Shown: positions 28,865 to 42,850, numbered from the stretch's first letter. The stretch: 64,000 bases of DNA from Terriglobia bacterium (GCA_963723765.1 CAVRSD010000001.1:3258-67257), one strand, 5' to 3'. Translations and numbers: made by a program. Notes: a model not told the origin generated them from the letters alone.

Positions 28865-30688
28865 TTGTTTGACGACAACAACGCCCACAATTCGGATTCC
28901 GCGACTTCTGTAATTGAGCACGCGGAGCCGGCCGAGGGCTCAATCCACGAAACCGCCGCCCCTGAGAGCCACGTTGCTGACGCTCAGGACGAAAAACAAC
29001 CCGCCGCCACCGAAGACTTCGCCTCCGCTCTGGAGAATTTCACTACCGAGAGCGAAGAAGCCGCCAGCGATGACAACGTCATCAAGGGCACGGTGCTCAA
29101 GCTAACCGCCACCCATGTTGTGGTGGACATCGGCGCCAAATCCGAGGGAATGCTGCCTTTATCGGAAGTGCTGGACCATGAGGGGAAACCCCGGTTCAAG
29201 CCCGGCGACGAAATCGATGTGATGCGGGAAAAGGGCCAGACCGAGGAAGGGTACATCAACCTTTCCCACCAGAAGGCCTCGCGGTTGCGTGCATGGGACG
29301 AAATTGAGAAGGCCCACAACGAGAAGAGGCCCATCAAGGCCATTGTGATCGAGCGGATCAAGGGCGGCTTGACCGTCGATATCATGGGCGCGCATGCGTT
29401 CCTGCCGGGCTCGCAAATGGACCTGCGTCCGGTGCGCAATCTGGACAATGTCAAAGGGCAGGAGATCGAAGTTGCCATCATCAAGCTGAACAAGAAGCGC
29501 GGCAATATCGTGGTATCGCGCAAACAGCTTCTGGAAGAAGAACAGAACGAGAAAAAAGCCAAGACTTTAGAGCATCTGGAAGAAGGTTCGATCCTCACCG
29601 GCGTGGTCAAGAACCTCACCGAGTACGGCGCCTTCGTGGACATGGGTGGAATCGATGGCCTGCTGCACATCACCGACATGTCATGGGGACGGCTCACTCA
29701 TCCCAAGGATCTGGTCAATGTGGGCGATCAAATCCAGGTGAAGGTACTCAAGTACGACAAGGATAAACAGCGAGTCTCGCTGGGATTCAAGCAGCTTACG
29801 CCGGACCCGTGGCTGGATGCGGAACATCGCTATCCGGTGGGAGCGCACGTTCATGGACGCGTGATCAGCGTCACCGACTACGGTGCGTTTGTGGAGCTGG
29901 AACAGGGTATTGAAGGCCTGGTACACGTCAGCGAGATGACCTGGTCGAAGCGGATGAAGCATCCGTCGAAGCTGGTCAACGTCGGCGACCAAGTCGATTG
30001 CGTGGTGCTCAACGTGAATCCAACCGAACGCCGGATTTCGCTGGGCATGCGGCAACTGGCAACCAATCCCTGGGATGCTCTGCATGATAAATATCCGGTG
30101 GGCGCGCAGGTCGAAGGCCGGGTGCGCAACCTGACCGACTTCGGGGCGTTCATTGAGATCGAAGACGGCATCGATGGACTGGTGCACGTCAGCAATTTGA
30201 GTTGGACAAAGCGAGTGAAGCATCCATCCGAGATATTGAAGAAGGGCGATCGCGTCAAAGCGGTTGTTCTCGCCATTGAACCCGATAAACGGCGGCTGTC
30301 GTTGGGAGTAAAGCAGCTTCAACCCGATGTCTGGGAGACGTTCTTCGCCACCCACCACGTCAACGACGTGCTGCACGGCAAAGTCCTGCGAGTGGCCAGT
30401 TTCGGCGCTTTCGTGGAAATTGCCGAGGGCGTCGAAGGGCTCTGCCATAACTCCGAAGCGGTCGATGCCAACGGCCAGCAGATCACGCTGGAAGCGGGCA
30501 ACGAGCACGACTTCAAGATCGTCAAGATGAACCAGGAAGAAAAGAAAGTTGGACTCAGCATCAAGGCGGTGGGTGAGGAAGCTTCCCGCAAGGAAGTGGA
30601 AGCCTACAAGAGCCCCACATCCAGCACCGGCGGATCGACCATTGGTGATCTGATCACCTGGAAGCGCGCCGGGACTGATAACAACTAA
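28865..30688 (+). CDS. rpsA: 30S ribosomal protein S1
   Basis: Six S1 repeats (GTVLKLT..., GVVKNLTEYGAFVDMG..., etc.). A TTG start at 28865 is proposed, 8 nt after GGAGAGG. The ORF-track start at 28592 lies in REP sequence. Confidence 0.85.
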   Translation: MFDDNNAHNSDSATSVIEHAEPAEGSIHETAAPESHVADAQDEKQPAATEDFASALENFTTESEEAASDDNVIKGTVLKLTATHVVVDIGAKSEGMLPLSEVLDHEGKPRFKPGDEIDVMREKGQTEEGYINLSHQKASRLRAWDEIEKAHNEKRPIKAIVIERIKGGLTVDIMGAHAFLPGSQMDLRPVRNLDNVKGQEIEVAIIKLNKKRGNIVVSRKQLLEEEQNEKKAKTLEHLEEGSILTGVVKNLTEYGAFVDMGGIDGLLHITDMSWGRLTHPKDLVNVGDQIQVKVLKYDKDKQRVSLGFKQLTPDPWLDAEHRYPVGAHVHGRVISVTDYGAFVELEQGIEGLVHVSEMTWSKRMKHPSKLVNVGDQVDCVVLNVNPTERRISLGMRQLATNPWDALHDKYPVGAQVEGRVRNLTDFGAFIEIEDGIDGLVHVSNLSWTKRVKHPSEILKKGDRVKAVVLAIEPDKRRLSLGVKQLQPDVWETFFATHHVNDVLHGKVLRVASFGAFVEIAEGVEGLCHNSEAVDANGQQITLEAGNEHDFKIVKMNQEEKKVGLSIKAVGEEASRKEVEAYKSPTSSTGGSTIGDLITWKRAGTDNN

Positions 30689-30714
30689 CTTCACGATCTG
30701 CGTGGATTTGATAA

Positions 30715-30746
30715 AAAGGCCGCCAGAAATGGCGGCCTTTGTTTTG
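30715..30746 (+). terminator. Rho-independent terminator of rpsA
   Basis: AAAGGCCGCC-AGAAAT-GGCGGCCTTT followed by GTTTTG. Confidence 0.85.
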
Positions 30747-30758
30747 TACCCCACCCCT

Positions 30759-30850
30759 GGTCATTTTCGAAGCGGAGCGAGAAATCTGCTTTTCCCTCGC
30801 CGCCGGCAAACAGCAAATTCCTCGGCGCTGCGCTTCTCGGAATGACAAGA
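30759..30850. repeat. Family C inverted pair (GGTCATTTTCGAAGCGGAGCGAGAAATC ... ATTCCTCGGCGCTGCGCTTCTCGGAATGACAAG)
   Basis: Opposed GTCATT..GAGCG arms between the convergent rpsA and the 30884 CDS. Confidence 0.65.
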
Positions 30851-30883
30851 GTTCAGTGCCGGATGACGAGATCGAGATGAGGT

Positions 30884-31243
30884 TTACTTTGTGTCGATCC
30901 GCAGGTTCATGTTCAGCTGATGGCGGTCGTCGAAATGGCTGACGGTTTTCTTATCGCTTTTGCGACCGTTGAATTGGGCATACACTTCGTAGTCGATATT
31001 GGGAGAGAGCTCGGGAAAACGGTACGTCCCGTCGGGGCCGACAATATAAGTCTTGACCGCCTGAGTGCGCGTGTTCGAGAGATACACAACCGCATCGGGA
31101 ACGGGGTTATCCTGCCGGTCACTTACCGTACCAGTTAACATGCGGCCGGCATCGGCCTTTTTGTCGCCGGCATAGGCGAGATCAGCAACTAAAGCCAGCG
31201 TAGCCAGAAGCAGCAAAACCGATACAGTGTGGCGCTTTCTCAC
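30884..31243 (-). CDS. Secreted carboxypeptidase-regulatory-like domain protein
   Basis: Signal peptide, then GTVSDRQDNPVPDAVVYLSN...DGTYRF, typical of the CarboxypepD_reg fold. Confidence 0.65.
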   Translation of the reverse strand: MRKRHTVSVLLLLATLALVADLAYAGDKKADAGRMLTGTVSDRQDNPVPDAVVYLSNTRTQAVKTYIVGPDGTYRFPELSPNIDYEVYAQFNGRKSDKKTVSHFDDRHQLNMNLRIDTK

Positions 31244-31275
31244 AAGTGCCTTCTTTCCTGAAACACCAGCTATTA

Positions 31276-31704
31276 CTACTTTAGATGCAACCCAGTATCG
31301 ATCTGGACTCTTTGATCGAGGTTCTCGTCAACGTGTACTTTGACTTCGTCACATGGCTGTAATGTCTTTCGATCCGGGCCTTTATAGCCTTTAAGGTCGG
31401 CCCAGAGTATATAATCCGCCGCGCTGGACGATACCCGCTGGGCAAATTCGCCGCGGTGATCAGAATAGACCTCCCAACGGGCCTTTTTGGGATTTGTGTC
31501 ATCAGCCCGGCGGATTTTGACGGTCACTCCAAACCGTGGAATCCCATCCGGCCCCCAAACCGTGCCGACGATCACGGTGTAGGGATGCTTCGTCGGATCC
31601 CCCGCAGAAGCGTTCCCTGAAGCCTGCGAGGCCAAGGGAAGGCACAACTGGGTAAGGATTAACCCTAGCAGAGCCACTCGGGAAACGCGCGGGAAAGTTA
31701 GCAT
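31276..31704 (-). CDS. Secreted carboxypeptidase-regulatory-like domain protein (paralogue)
   Basis: The start at MLTFPRVSRVALLGLILTQL gives a signal peptide. GTVWGPDGIPRFGVTVKIRR...HRGEF. Confidence 0.6.
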   Translation of the reverse strand: MLTFPRVSRVALLGLILTQLCLPLASQASGNASAGDPTKHPYTVIVGTVWGPDGIPRFGVTVKIRRADDTNPKKARWEVYSDHRGEFAQRVSSSAADYILWADLKGYKGPDRKTLQPCDEVKVHVDENLDQRVQIDTGLHLK

Positions 31705-31732
31705 GGAAGAAGCGGGCAGAGACAAGCAAAAC

Positions 31733-31930
31733 CTAGGAATAGTCACCGTCTTCGGCTTCCTCCTCTTCTTCCTCTTCGTATCCCTCGGCCTCCACGGGCT
31801 TGAGTTCCAGTGGACTGACCGTGACGATTTCAAAATCCGTGCCGCACTCCGCGCAGGAAATGATATCGCCCTCTTCAATCTCGTCTTCGTCGATATCCAG
31901 CTTGGTATCGCATTCCGCGCAATAAGTCAT
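31733..31930 (-). CDS. LysW-like zinc-ribbon protein with an acidic C-terminal tail
   Basis: MTYCAECDTKLDIDEDEIEEGDIISCAECGTDFEIV...EEEEEEAEDGDYS matches the CxxC-17-CxxC plus acidic-tail layout of LysW/ArgW, but lacks the EDWGE end. Confidence 0.6.
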   Translation of the reverse strand: MTYCAECDTKLDIDEDEIEEGDIISCAECGTDFEIVTVSPLELKPVEAEGYEEEEEEEAEDGDYS

Positions 31931-32082
31931 AATGGCCTCCCGTTCTATGAAACGCCCCTGTTAATATTTAGTTTCTCTTGGGCCAGAGGTCAAGTGTTTC
32001 GATCCAAATGTTTCGCCCGAATCGGTTACTCCAGATTACCCGCCAAATGGCCGAGCTGCCAAGCTCTTGGAGGAGATGTGGC

Positions 32083-33492
32083 ATGAGCAGTAAGAATCGT
32101 ACTATGACGAACCTTCGAGCTCCCCAGTTCTACCAGATTTTCTACGGCCTTCTGCTGTATGCCCTCTTCACCCGAATGGCCGTGCCCGCGAACGCGCAGG
32201 AATCGAAAATGGAGGCAGACCCGCAAATCGCGGCTGCGCTGAAGCAAGTTTCAGCGGAACGAATCCAGAGCAACATTGAAAAGCTGGTGAGCTTTGGGAC
32301 CCGCCTGACTCTCTCCGCACAAGATCCAGCTTCAATCTCTGGCGGGCATGGAATTGGCGCGGCGCGGGAGTGGATTAAATCTGAGTTTGAACGCTATTCG
32401 AAAGACTGCGGCGGATGCCTGGAAGTGAAGACCGACAGCTTTACCGAAAGTCCGATGGACCGGATTCCCCAGCCCACGGTCATCACCAATGTTTATGCGG
32501 TGTTGAAGGGCACCGATCCGGAGAGCGCCAAACGCATTTTGCTGGTCACCGGTCACTATGATTCACGCAATTCAAACGACCAGGACCCGACCGGCGTCGC
32601 TCCCGGCGCCAATGACGACGGCAGCGGCACCGCCGTCAGCCTGGAATGTGCGCGTGTTCTGAGCAAGCTGAAATTTCCCGGGACAATTATTTTTCTGACT
32701 GTGGCGGGCGAAGAGCAAGGCCTGAACGGCAGCACCCATTTTGCAAAAATGGCGAAGTCGGAAGGCTGGAACATTGCAGCCGCTTTGAACAATGACATTG
32801 TGGGCGGAAATCGCGGGCTGGGCCAGGATCCGGGTGTGGTGCGAGTATTCTCCGAAGGCGTGCCGGTGGCCGCTACCGAAGCCGACCTGCGCTTGATTCG
32901 CAATCTTGGCGGAGAGAGTGATTCAACCTCCCGCCAGGTGGCTCGCTATATAGCGGAAGTGGGGCGCAGCTACGACGTCGGCGTGAAACCTCTACTGGTA
33001 TTCCGGCTGGATCGCTTTTTGCGTGGTGGGGACCATTACTCGTTCAACAAAGAAGGTTTCGCCGCGGTACGCTTCACGGAATTTCGCGAAGATTTCAACC
33101 ATGAGCACCAGAATGTCCGGACAGAAAATGGCCTTGAATATGGCGATCTGCCGAAGTTCGTAAATTTTGAGTATGTGGCGGCCGTGGCACGGCTGAATGC
33201 GGCAACGCTTGCCTCTTTGGCTGCAGCGCCGTCGTCTCCGGGCAAAGTCCGGCTCCAGACCAAAGAACTGCAGAACGACTCCACACTGACCTGGGAAGCA
33301 TCGTCGCTGGCTAGTGGTTACGAAGTGCTTTGGCGGGCGACTACCAGTCCGGAATGGGAACATGTACAAGCGACGGGAAACGTAACCAAGATCACGCTGC
33401 AACTATCCAAGGACAATGTGATTTTCGCGGTACGGGCGGTGGATAATCAGGGTCACCGCAGTTTGCCGGTTGTGCCTTTGCCGGAACGGTAA
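32083..33492 (+). CDS. M28-family aminopeptidase with a C-terminal fibronectin-III-like domain
   Basis: GGAGGAG 7 nt before the ATG. LVTGHYDS, GANDDGSGTA and AGEEQGLNGS motifs. Confidence 0.8.
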   Translation: MSSKNRTMTNLRAPQFYQIFYGLLLYALFTRMAVPANAQESKMEADPQIAAALKQVSAERIQSNIEKLVSFGTRLTLSAQDPASISGGHGIGAAREWIKSEFERYSKDCGGCLEVKTDSFTESPMDRIPQPTVITNVYAVLKGTDPESAKRILLVTGHYDSRNSNDQDPTGVAPGANDDGSGTAVSLECARVLSKLKFPGTIIFLTVAGEEQGLNGSTHFAKMAKSEGWNIAAALNNDIVGGNRGLGQDPGVVRVFSEGVPVAATEADLRLIRNLGGESDSTSRQVARYIAEVGRSYDVGVKPLLVFRLDRFLRGGDHYSFNKEGFAAVRFTEFREDFNHEHQNVRTENGLEYGDLPKFVNFEYVAAVARLNAATLASLAAAPSSPGKVRLQTKELQNDSTLTWEASSLASGYEVLWRATTSPEWEHVQATGNVTKITLQLSKDNVIFAVRAVDNQGHRSLPVVPLPER

Positions 33493-33548
33493 AGGGTGAG
33501 CTGTTAGGATAAAGGATAAGAACGTGGGCCGCGCGCGGCCTTTGAGTT

Positions 33549-34373
33549 ATGCCCAGAAATGTTTCTTCATCGATGGGATTCCCGCCGTTTCGCGGCGCTG
33601 TCCGGCAGATCGTCCTCGGCAGCCTGGCGATCTATGTAGTCATCCTACTGCTGATGTCGTTCGCAACGGCGACCGGGCAATTGGTCCTGGCACTCGGCAC
33701 GCTGACTCCGGAGACCATCCGCCAGGGTTGGCTATGGCAGTTCGTCACTTACGCTTTCATGTATGTCGATCCGCTGAATTTTGTGATGTCGCTGCTGGGT
33801 GTCTATTTCCTGGGATCAGCCGTGGAAGAACGTGTCGGCTCGGCAAAGTTCTATAGTCTCTTTTTCTTCAGCATCATTCTTTCTGCTATCGCAGGATTCG
33901 CGCTCTCGCTCACCCACATCGTTGCACAAGGGCCGGCGTACGGTTCGGGCGCCGCCGCCAATGCCATCTTGATGGTGTTCTATCTTTTCAATCGGGACGC
34001 GCCGATCATGCTGTTCCCGATTCCGATTCAGATTCCGGTGAAATGGATCGTACTTTTTAGCGGAGCTATAGAAGTGGCCTACTTGCTGCTCAGCCATTTT
34101 GCTCTCTTCTTTTGCGTGTTGCTGCTCGGACTGGGCGCCGGATACGTCTGGTATCTGATGTTTGCCGGCCGCAAGGTTTCGCTGGGAATTTCAGAGCGCT
34201 ATTTCGGAATTCGTAATAGCTATTACCGCTGGAAGCGGCGACGAGCTGCTCGAAAGTTCGAAGTCTATATGAGCAAGCACGACCGCAAGGTGACCTTCGA
34301 CGAAAATGGCAATTACATTCCTCCCGAGGATGACAAAAAGAACGGCGGCGGGAAATCGGGCTGGGTGAATTAA
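33549..34373 (+). CDS. Rhomboid-family intramembrane serine protease
   Basis: Multi-TM protein with WQFVTYAFMY..., a GSGAAAN serine region and a basic C-terminal tail. Confidence 0.65.
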   Translation: MPRNVSSSMGFPPFRGAVRQIVLGSLAIYVVILLLMSFATATGQLVLALGTLTPETIRQGWLWQFVTYAFMYVDPLNFVMSLLGVYFLGSAVEERVGSAKFYSLFFFSIILSAIAGFALSLTHIVAQGPAYGSGAAANAILMVFYLFNRDAPIMLFPIPIQIPVKWIVLFSGAIEVAYLLLSHFALFFCVLLLGLGAGYVWYLMFAGRKVSLGISERYFGIRNSYYRWKRRRAARKFEVYMSKHDRKVTFDENGNYIPPEDDKKNGGGKSGWVN

Positions 34374-34416
34374 CGGTGCAATTTACCGCGGAGATCGCGG
34401 AGGACGCCGAGTAAAG

Positions 34417-35085
34417 CTAACCAAATGTTTCCTGGAACGCCGATAAAACCATCTCCGGAAGTTCCCCGTGTTTCGTTTTTCCCTTAAATCCCAAGTCGTG
34501 GCCTGCACCTTCCACCGCCAGCAATTGGTTTTTGGACGGAATCAGTTTCAAAGCCGATGCCATCTCGGCAATCGAGCCGAAGGGATCGCGAGTGCCTTGC
34601 ACGAAAAGCGCGGGCGTTCGTAAGTTAGGAAAATGCTGAGTGCGAAGTTGCGCGGGCTTGCGCGGAGGATGCAAAGGATAGGAGAGCAAAAGCAGTCCAG
34701 TAACCAGGCCTGGTTCCTCGGCACACAGCATGGTCGATTGGCGGCCGCCATAGGAATGTCCGCCGAGAAACATCCTTCCGGAAACCAGCTTGCCAAGACC
34801 GGCAACAGCTTGCTTCAAACCTTCGCGGTCCCGAGCTGCGGCGCCGAATCCTGGTGGCCCATAGGGACTATTTTGGCGATACGGCAGATCGCAACGCATT
34901 ACTGTGAAACCCGCGCTGCTAAGGGCCTCTGCAAGAGTCTGAAGAAGGGGAGACTGGCAATTCGATCCCGCACCGTGGGTGAGCACGAGACCATCTCCGT
35001 TCGCCACCGCCGGTGCATGGAGGAAACCGCGTACCGGAGGGTCGAAGGTGGTATCGGAGAAAGATGTGATGGAAGAATCACTCAT
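34417..35085 (-). CDS. Alpha/beta-fold hydrolase (COG3571/KANL3-Tex30-like)
   Basis: GGHSYGGR nucleophile elbow and a C-terminal GAGHDL. Confidence 0.7.
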   Translation of the reverse strand: MSDSSITSFSDTTFDPPVRGFLHAPAVANGDGLVLTHGAGSNCQSPLLQTLAEALSSAGFTVMRCDLPYRQNSPYGPPGFGAAARDREGLKQAVAGLGKLVSGRMFLGGHSYGGRQSTMLCAEEPGLVTGLLLLSYPLHPPRKPAQLRTQHFPNLRTPALFVQGTRDPFGSIAEMASALKLIPSKNQLLAVEGAGHDLGFKGKTKHGELPEMVLSAFQETFG

Positions 35086-35101
35086 TGGCTAATCGCGCGT
35101 T

Positions 35102-35176
35102 GGGGTGGAGCAGCGCTTCCAGCGCTGCATCAATTCAAATTATCGATAACGCAGGATTGAAAGGCCTGCTCCACCC
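35102..35176. repeat. Family H palindromic element with outer arms GGGGTGGAGCAG / CTGCTCCACCC
   Basis: Inner hairpin GCAGCGCTTCCAGCGCTGC. The outer arms lie at 35102-35113 and 35165-35176. Confidence 0.6.
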
Positions 35177-35186
35177 GACTCGAAAC

Positions 35187-35480
35187 TCAGAGCTGGCTCA
35201 TTTCCTTCAGCGTCTCATATACTGTCAGGATTTTTACTTCATTCCCCAGCTTCGCCCAGCAGCGCTGCACTTCAGGGTCTTCCTGGGCGGCCCGGCGCGC
35301 GCCTTCCGATTTCCAGTAACGGGTCAGGACGAAATGCAGCTCCTGGTCGCGATAAAGCACGTCCCGGCTGTATCCACCCTCCGCGAGGGCGGCAAACAAT
35401 TCTCGCAGCGTGGCAATTGCCTCTTTATCTTTGCCCGGCAAAGACTCGAAGATCGCAACGGAAAGAATTTCTTCGCTCAT
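35187..35480 (-). CDS. ABM-like (antibiotic biosynthesis monooxygenase fold) small protein
   Basis: 97 aa with a ferredoxin-like pattern (VAIFESLPGKDKE...TRYWKSEGARRA). Weak family call. Confidence 0.5.
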   Translation of the reverse strand: MSEEILSVAIFESLPGKDKEAIATLRELFAALAEGGYSRDVLYRDQELHFVLTRYWKSEGARRAAQEDPEVQRCWAKLGNEVKILTVYETLKEMSQL

Positions 35481-35496
35481 GTTTGGTCTCTGGAAA

Positions 35497-37047
35497 CTAG
35501 GATTTTCGCCGGCCGGGGGAACGCGGCTTGTGCCTCCGTTTCTCCTGCAGCACTTCCTCCGGCGTCACCACATGCAGACGCATAAAATTGGTGGACCCGG
35601 TGGACATCCGTGTGCCCCCCACCACTCCCAGCACATCGGCCACTTTAACACTTCCCTGTTTCAGTAATTGCTTTTCGGAAGCATTCACCATACCTTCGAC
35701 GGTTTGGGTTTGCTCGTGTTGGACGGGATGGACCCCCCACAAAAGGTTCATGCGATTGACCACCGCCGGCACATGGCTGAAGGCATGGATCGCGGAGTTC
35801 GGGCGATACTTTGAAATCAACCGCGCCGTGGTTCCGGTGTCGGTAAAGACGGCAATCGCGCCCATGTGAAGGTCTTCGGCGGCGTGCGCGACGGATTCGC
35901 AAATCGTTTCCGCGATGGAAAGACCGCGATGGGGGCGGCGCCGGGGAGTGGTGAACTCGGCAAGATTGCTCTCAGCTTCGACCACAATTTTCGCCATCAT
36001 CGCCACCGCTTCCCGCGGGTAAAGACCACTAGCAGTTTCCGCCGAGAGCATGACAGCGTCGGTGCCGTCGAAAATTGCGTTGGCGACATCGCTGGCTTCG
36101 GCGCGCGTGGGACGCGGATTCTCGATCATGGACTCCAGCATCTGGGTTGCGGTGATCACCGGCTTGCGCCACTCGGCCGATCGCCGAATGATGTGTTTTT
36201 GAATGACCGGAACTTTTTCCGGGGCCATCTCCACGCCCAGATCGCCGCGCGCCACCATGACTCCATCGGAAGCCTCGAAAATTTCCTCCAAGTGTTCAAG
36301 TGCCTGAGGTTTTTCCAGTTTGGCGATCACCGGGGTAGTGCTGCCATGCTTGGCGATGATTCGCTTCACGGTAAGAACATCCGCAGCAGAGCGCACAAAA
36401 GAAAGCGCAATCATATCGACGCCGTGCTTCAGTCCGAAGTCGAGATCCCTGCGATCTTTGGCGGTCAGCGCGGGAATCGAAAGCGCAGCTCCCGGAAGGT
36501 TAATTCCCTGATGTTCCCCGAGAAAACCGCCGTTGATCACCTCACAAACAATATCGTCTCCGCGCCGGCTGACGAGACGCAGCTCAATCAATCCATCCGA
36601 GAGCAGGATGCGGGCGCCCGGCTTCATTTCGCTGGCCAGGGTTTTAAATGTGGTTGATATCAAAGTGGGCGTGCCATCGACCTCGCGCGGCGTAATGGTG
36701 ACATGCGAGCCGGTCTTGATCGCTACGGGAGTGTGGCCAATGAGACACCCGGTGCGGATTTTGGGCCCTTGCAGGTCCTGAAGAATGCAGATGGTGCGGT
36801 TTTCTTGTGCGGCAATGCTGCGCAAAAGTTCAATATTTTGGGTGTGGTCGTCGTGCGTGCCGTGAGAAAAATTCAGGCGGGCAACGTCCATGCCCATGCG
36901 CATAAGATCGCGCATCGCAGACTCCGAATTGCAGGCTGGGCCGATGGTACAAATGATTTTGGCGCGACGCTCCACGAAGGCATGAGCAGGATTTTCCACT
37001 TTGCGATGAGGACTTGCAGAGGTCAGGCTGCGCTTGCTCTGTGTCAA
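35497..37047 (-). CDS. pyk: Pyruvate kinase
   Basis: KIICTIGPA, NFSHG, MVARGDLGVE, and a C-terminal regulatory domain. Confidence 0.92.
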   Translation of the reverse strand: MTQSKRSLTSASPHRKVENPAHAFVERRAKIICTIGPACNSESAMRDLMRMGMDVARLNFSHGTHDDHTQNIELLRSIAAQENRTICILQDLQGPKIRTGCLIGHTPVAIKTGSHVTITPREVDGTPTLISTTFKTLASEMKPGARILLSDGLIELRLVSRRGDDIVCEVINGGFLGEHQGINLPGAALSIPALTAKDRRDLDFGLKHGVDMIALSFVRSAADVLTVKRIIAKHGSTTPVIAKLEKPQALEHLEEIFEASDGVMVARGDLGVEMAPEKVPVIQKHIIRRSAEWRKPVITATQMLESMIENPRPTRAEASDVANAIFDGTDAVMLSAETASGLYPREAVAMMAKIVVEAESNLAEFTTPRRRPHRGLSIAETICESVAHAAEDLHMGAIAVFTDTGTTARLISKYRPNSAIHAFSHVPAVVNRMNLLWGVHPVQHEQTQTVEGMVNASEKQLLKQGSVKVADVLGVVGGTRMSTGSTNFMRLHVVTPEEVLQEKRRHKPRSPGRRKS

Positions 37048-37170
37048 CAGTTCATCCCCGATTCATTTGAGATAATCTCGGTATTGTATATGGAGATGAC
37101 CGGCGAGAAGGGAACAGGCTGCGCCCGAATGGACGCAGGTTCGTATCAGATCTTCCCCACCCCTGAGTTT

Positions 37171-37323
37171 CTGTCATCCTGAGCGGAGTGGATGTTTCGC
37201 GACAGCGAAGCATCCACGCGGTCGAAGGACCCCTGCGATCGGCAGTCTGCTTGAGGTAGGGGTTCTTCGACTCCGGAAATCCGCTCAAAAGCGAGCGGAC
37301 CTCCTGCGCTCAGAATGACATGG
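37171..37323. repeat. Family C-like inverted pair (CTGTCATCCTGAGCGGAG ... GCGCTCAGAATGACATGG)
   Basis: Opposed GTCAT(C/T)CTGAGCG arms about 110 nt apart, between pyk and the YihY gene. Confidence 0.6.
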
Positions 37324-37359
37324 AAACTTTGAATTTACACATGGGGGACAAAGAAACGA

Positions 37360-38328
37360 CTAACGGCCCAAGCTCTTTGGCACGCACTTAGCCCGAAGCT
37401 CTTTCCCCAACATCGCCCGCGGAAACAGCATGGCGTTGAATTCCGCGCCGATGAGAATCACCAGCGAGATCATGTACATCCACACTAACAGCGCGATGCC
37501 CACTCCCAGCGAACCATAAATCACGCTGTAATCCGCATATAGCTGCAGGTACCAGCCAAAGAGCAAGGTGGCCCCAAACCACATGGCGGTGGCCAGCACG
37601 GCGCCCGGCAAAACGCTGTGCCAAGGCTGAGTGCGGGGCACGGCATTGTGATAGATGAGCGCAATCACCGCGATGCTGGTGAGAAGGGCGATCGTCCAGC
37701 GAATTACCATCCAGAGTAAGAGGATCGCGGGGCCGAACTCGCGGCCCATGTGGAACAAAACCCGAGTTTCGATCCGGTTGCCAAAAGCCACAAACACCGT
37801 GGCACAGCTCAGAGGAATGCCCGCCAGGATGACCAGCGAGAAGGCAATGCACCGCTCCTTCGCCATCCCCCATATTTTCGGGAGTTCGTAGCACTTGCGG
37901 AACCCTTCCATCCACGAAATCATCACGCCGGAGGCCGTCCATACCGTCAGCAAGGAGGTGGTGACGAGCAATCCCACCGGCCGCTGGGTGCTGCTGCCCT
38001 TCAGATAAGACAATGCGGAGGCGCTTCCCGCAGGAAGAATCCTGCCCAGCGCGTAGGAAATCTCCCGCAGATAGACTTCCGTTTTGTGCGAGGTTGCCAG
38101 GACGGCGCCAACCACCAGAAGCGCGGGGAAAAAAGTGAGGATGCAGGAATAGGCGGATGCCTTGGCAATGGCGAACGCGTCATGCTCGAACGCACGCCAG
38201 AAAGACATCGAGAATAAACGTAGAAAGCGCAGGATCAACGGCCCCAGAGTATTGCGCTGCGGCGCGGGGCGCAACTGCGAAATGCTGGCCGGTGCCGGGT
38301 TTTGCAACCGTTGTGGGTTTGCGCTCAT
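37360..38328 (-). CDS. YihY/BrkB-family membrane protein
   Basis: Six TM segments and a YSCILTFFPALL...GSLGVGIALLVWMY pattern. Confidence 0.75.
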   Translation of the reverse strand: MSANPQRLQNPAPASISQLRPAPQRNTLGPLILRFLRLFSMSFWRAFEHDAFAIAKASAYSCILTFFPALLVVGAVLATSHKTEVYLREISYALGRILPAGSASALSYLKGSSTQRPVGLLVTTSLLTVWTASGVMISWMEGFRKCYELPKIWGMAKERCIAFSLVILAGIPLSCATVFVAFGNRIETRVLFHMGREFGPAILLLWMVIRWTIALLTSIAVIALIYHNAVPRTQPWHSVLPGAVLATAMWFGATLLFGWYLQLYADYSVIYGSLGVGIALLVWMYMISLVILIGAEFNAMLFPRAMLGKELRAKCVPKSLGR

Positions 38329-38348
38329 GAGTAATTAAGAAGCAACCC

Positions 38349-38381
38349 AGAAAAGCAAAGGGGACGGATTGCTCCGTCCCC
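38349..38381 (-). terminator. Rho-independent terminator after rpoC
   Basis: The minus strand reads GGGGACGGA-GCAA-TCCGTCCCC followed by TTTGCTTTTCT. Confidence 0.85.
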
Positions 38382-38394
38382 GTGCTTTTCAGTA

Positions 38395-42583
<4,189 letters not shown>

Positions 42584-42635
42584 GGTGATCCTCCGCTTCC
42601 TGCGGTCATACGCTGCCGCGGGCGGCTCTTGAAAA

Positions 42636-42850
42636 CTGTCGTTGGTGGTTGGCCATTGGTCGTTGGCCTAAAACCATCGAAAACTTACTAAGCATCGGCG
42701 GCCCAAGAGCCTGACCGCCAGCTTTTAAATCTGTCGTTGGTCGTTGGCCATTGGTCGTTGGCCTAAAACCACCGAAAACTTAAAGTTCCCAAACAGGTGC
42801 CGAAGGCGCTGGTCGTTGGCCAAGGACGAACGGCCAACGACCAACGACGG
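42636..42850. repeat. rpoB-rpoC spacer repeats: two 52-nt direct copies (42636-42687, 42731-42782) plus an inverted GGCCAACGAC hairpin (42812-42841)
   Basis: CTGTCGTTGGT(G/C)GTTGGCCATTGGTCGTTGGCCTAAAACCA(T/C)CGAAAACTTA occurs twice with 2 mismatches and a 95-nt period. Confidence 0.85.
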
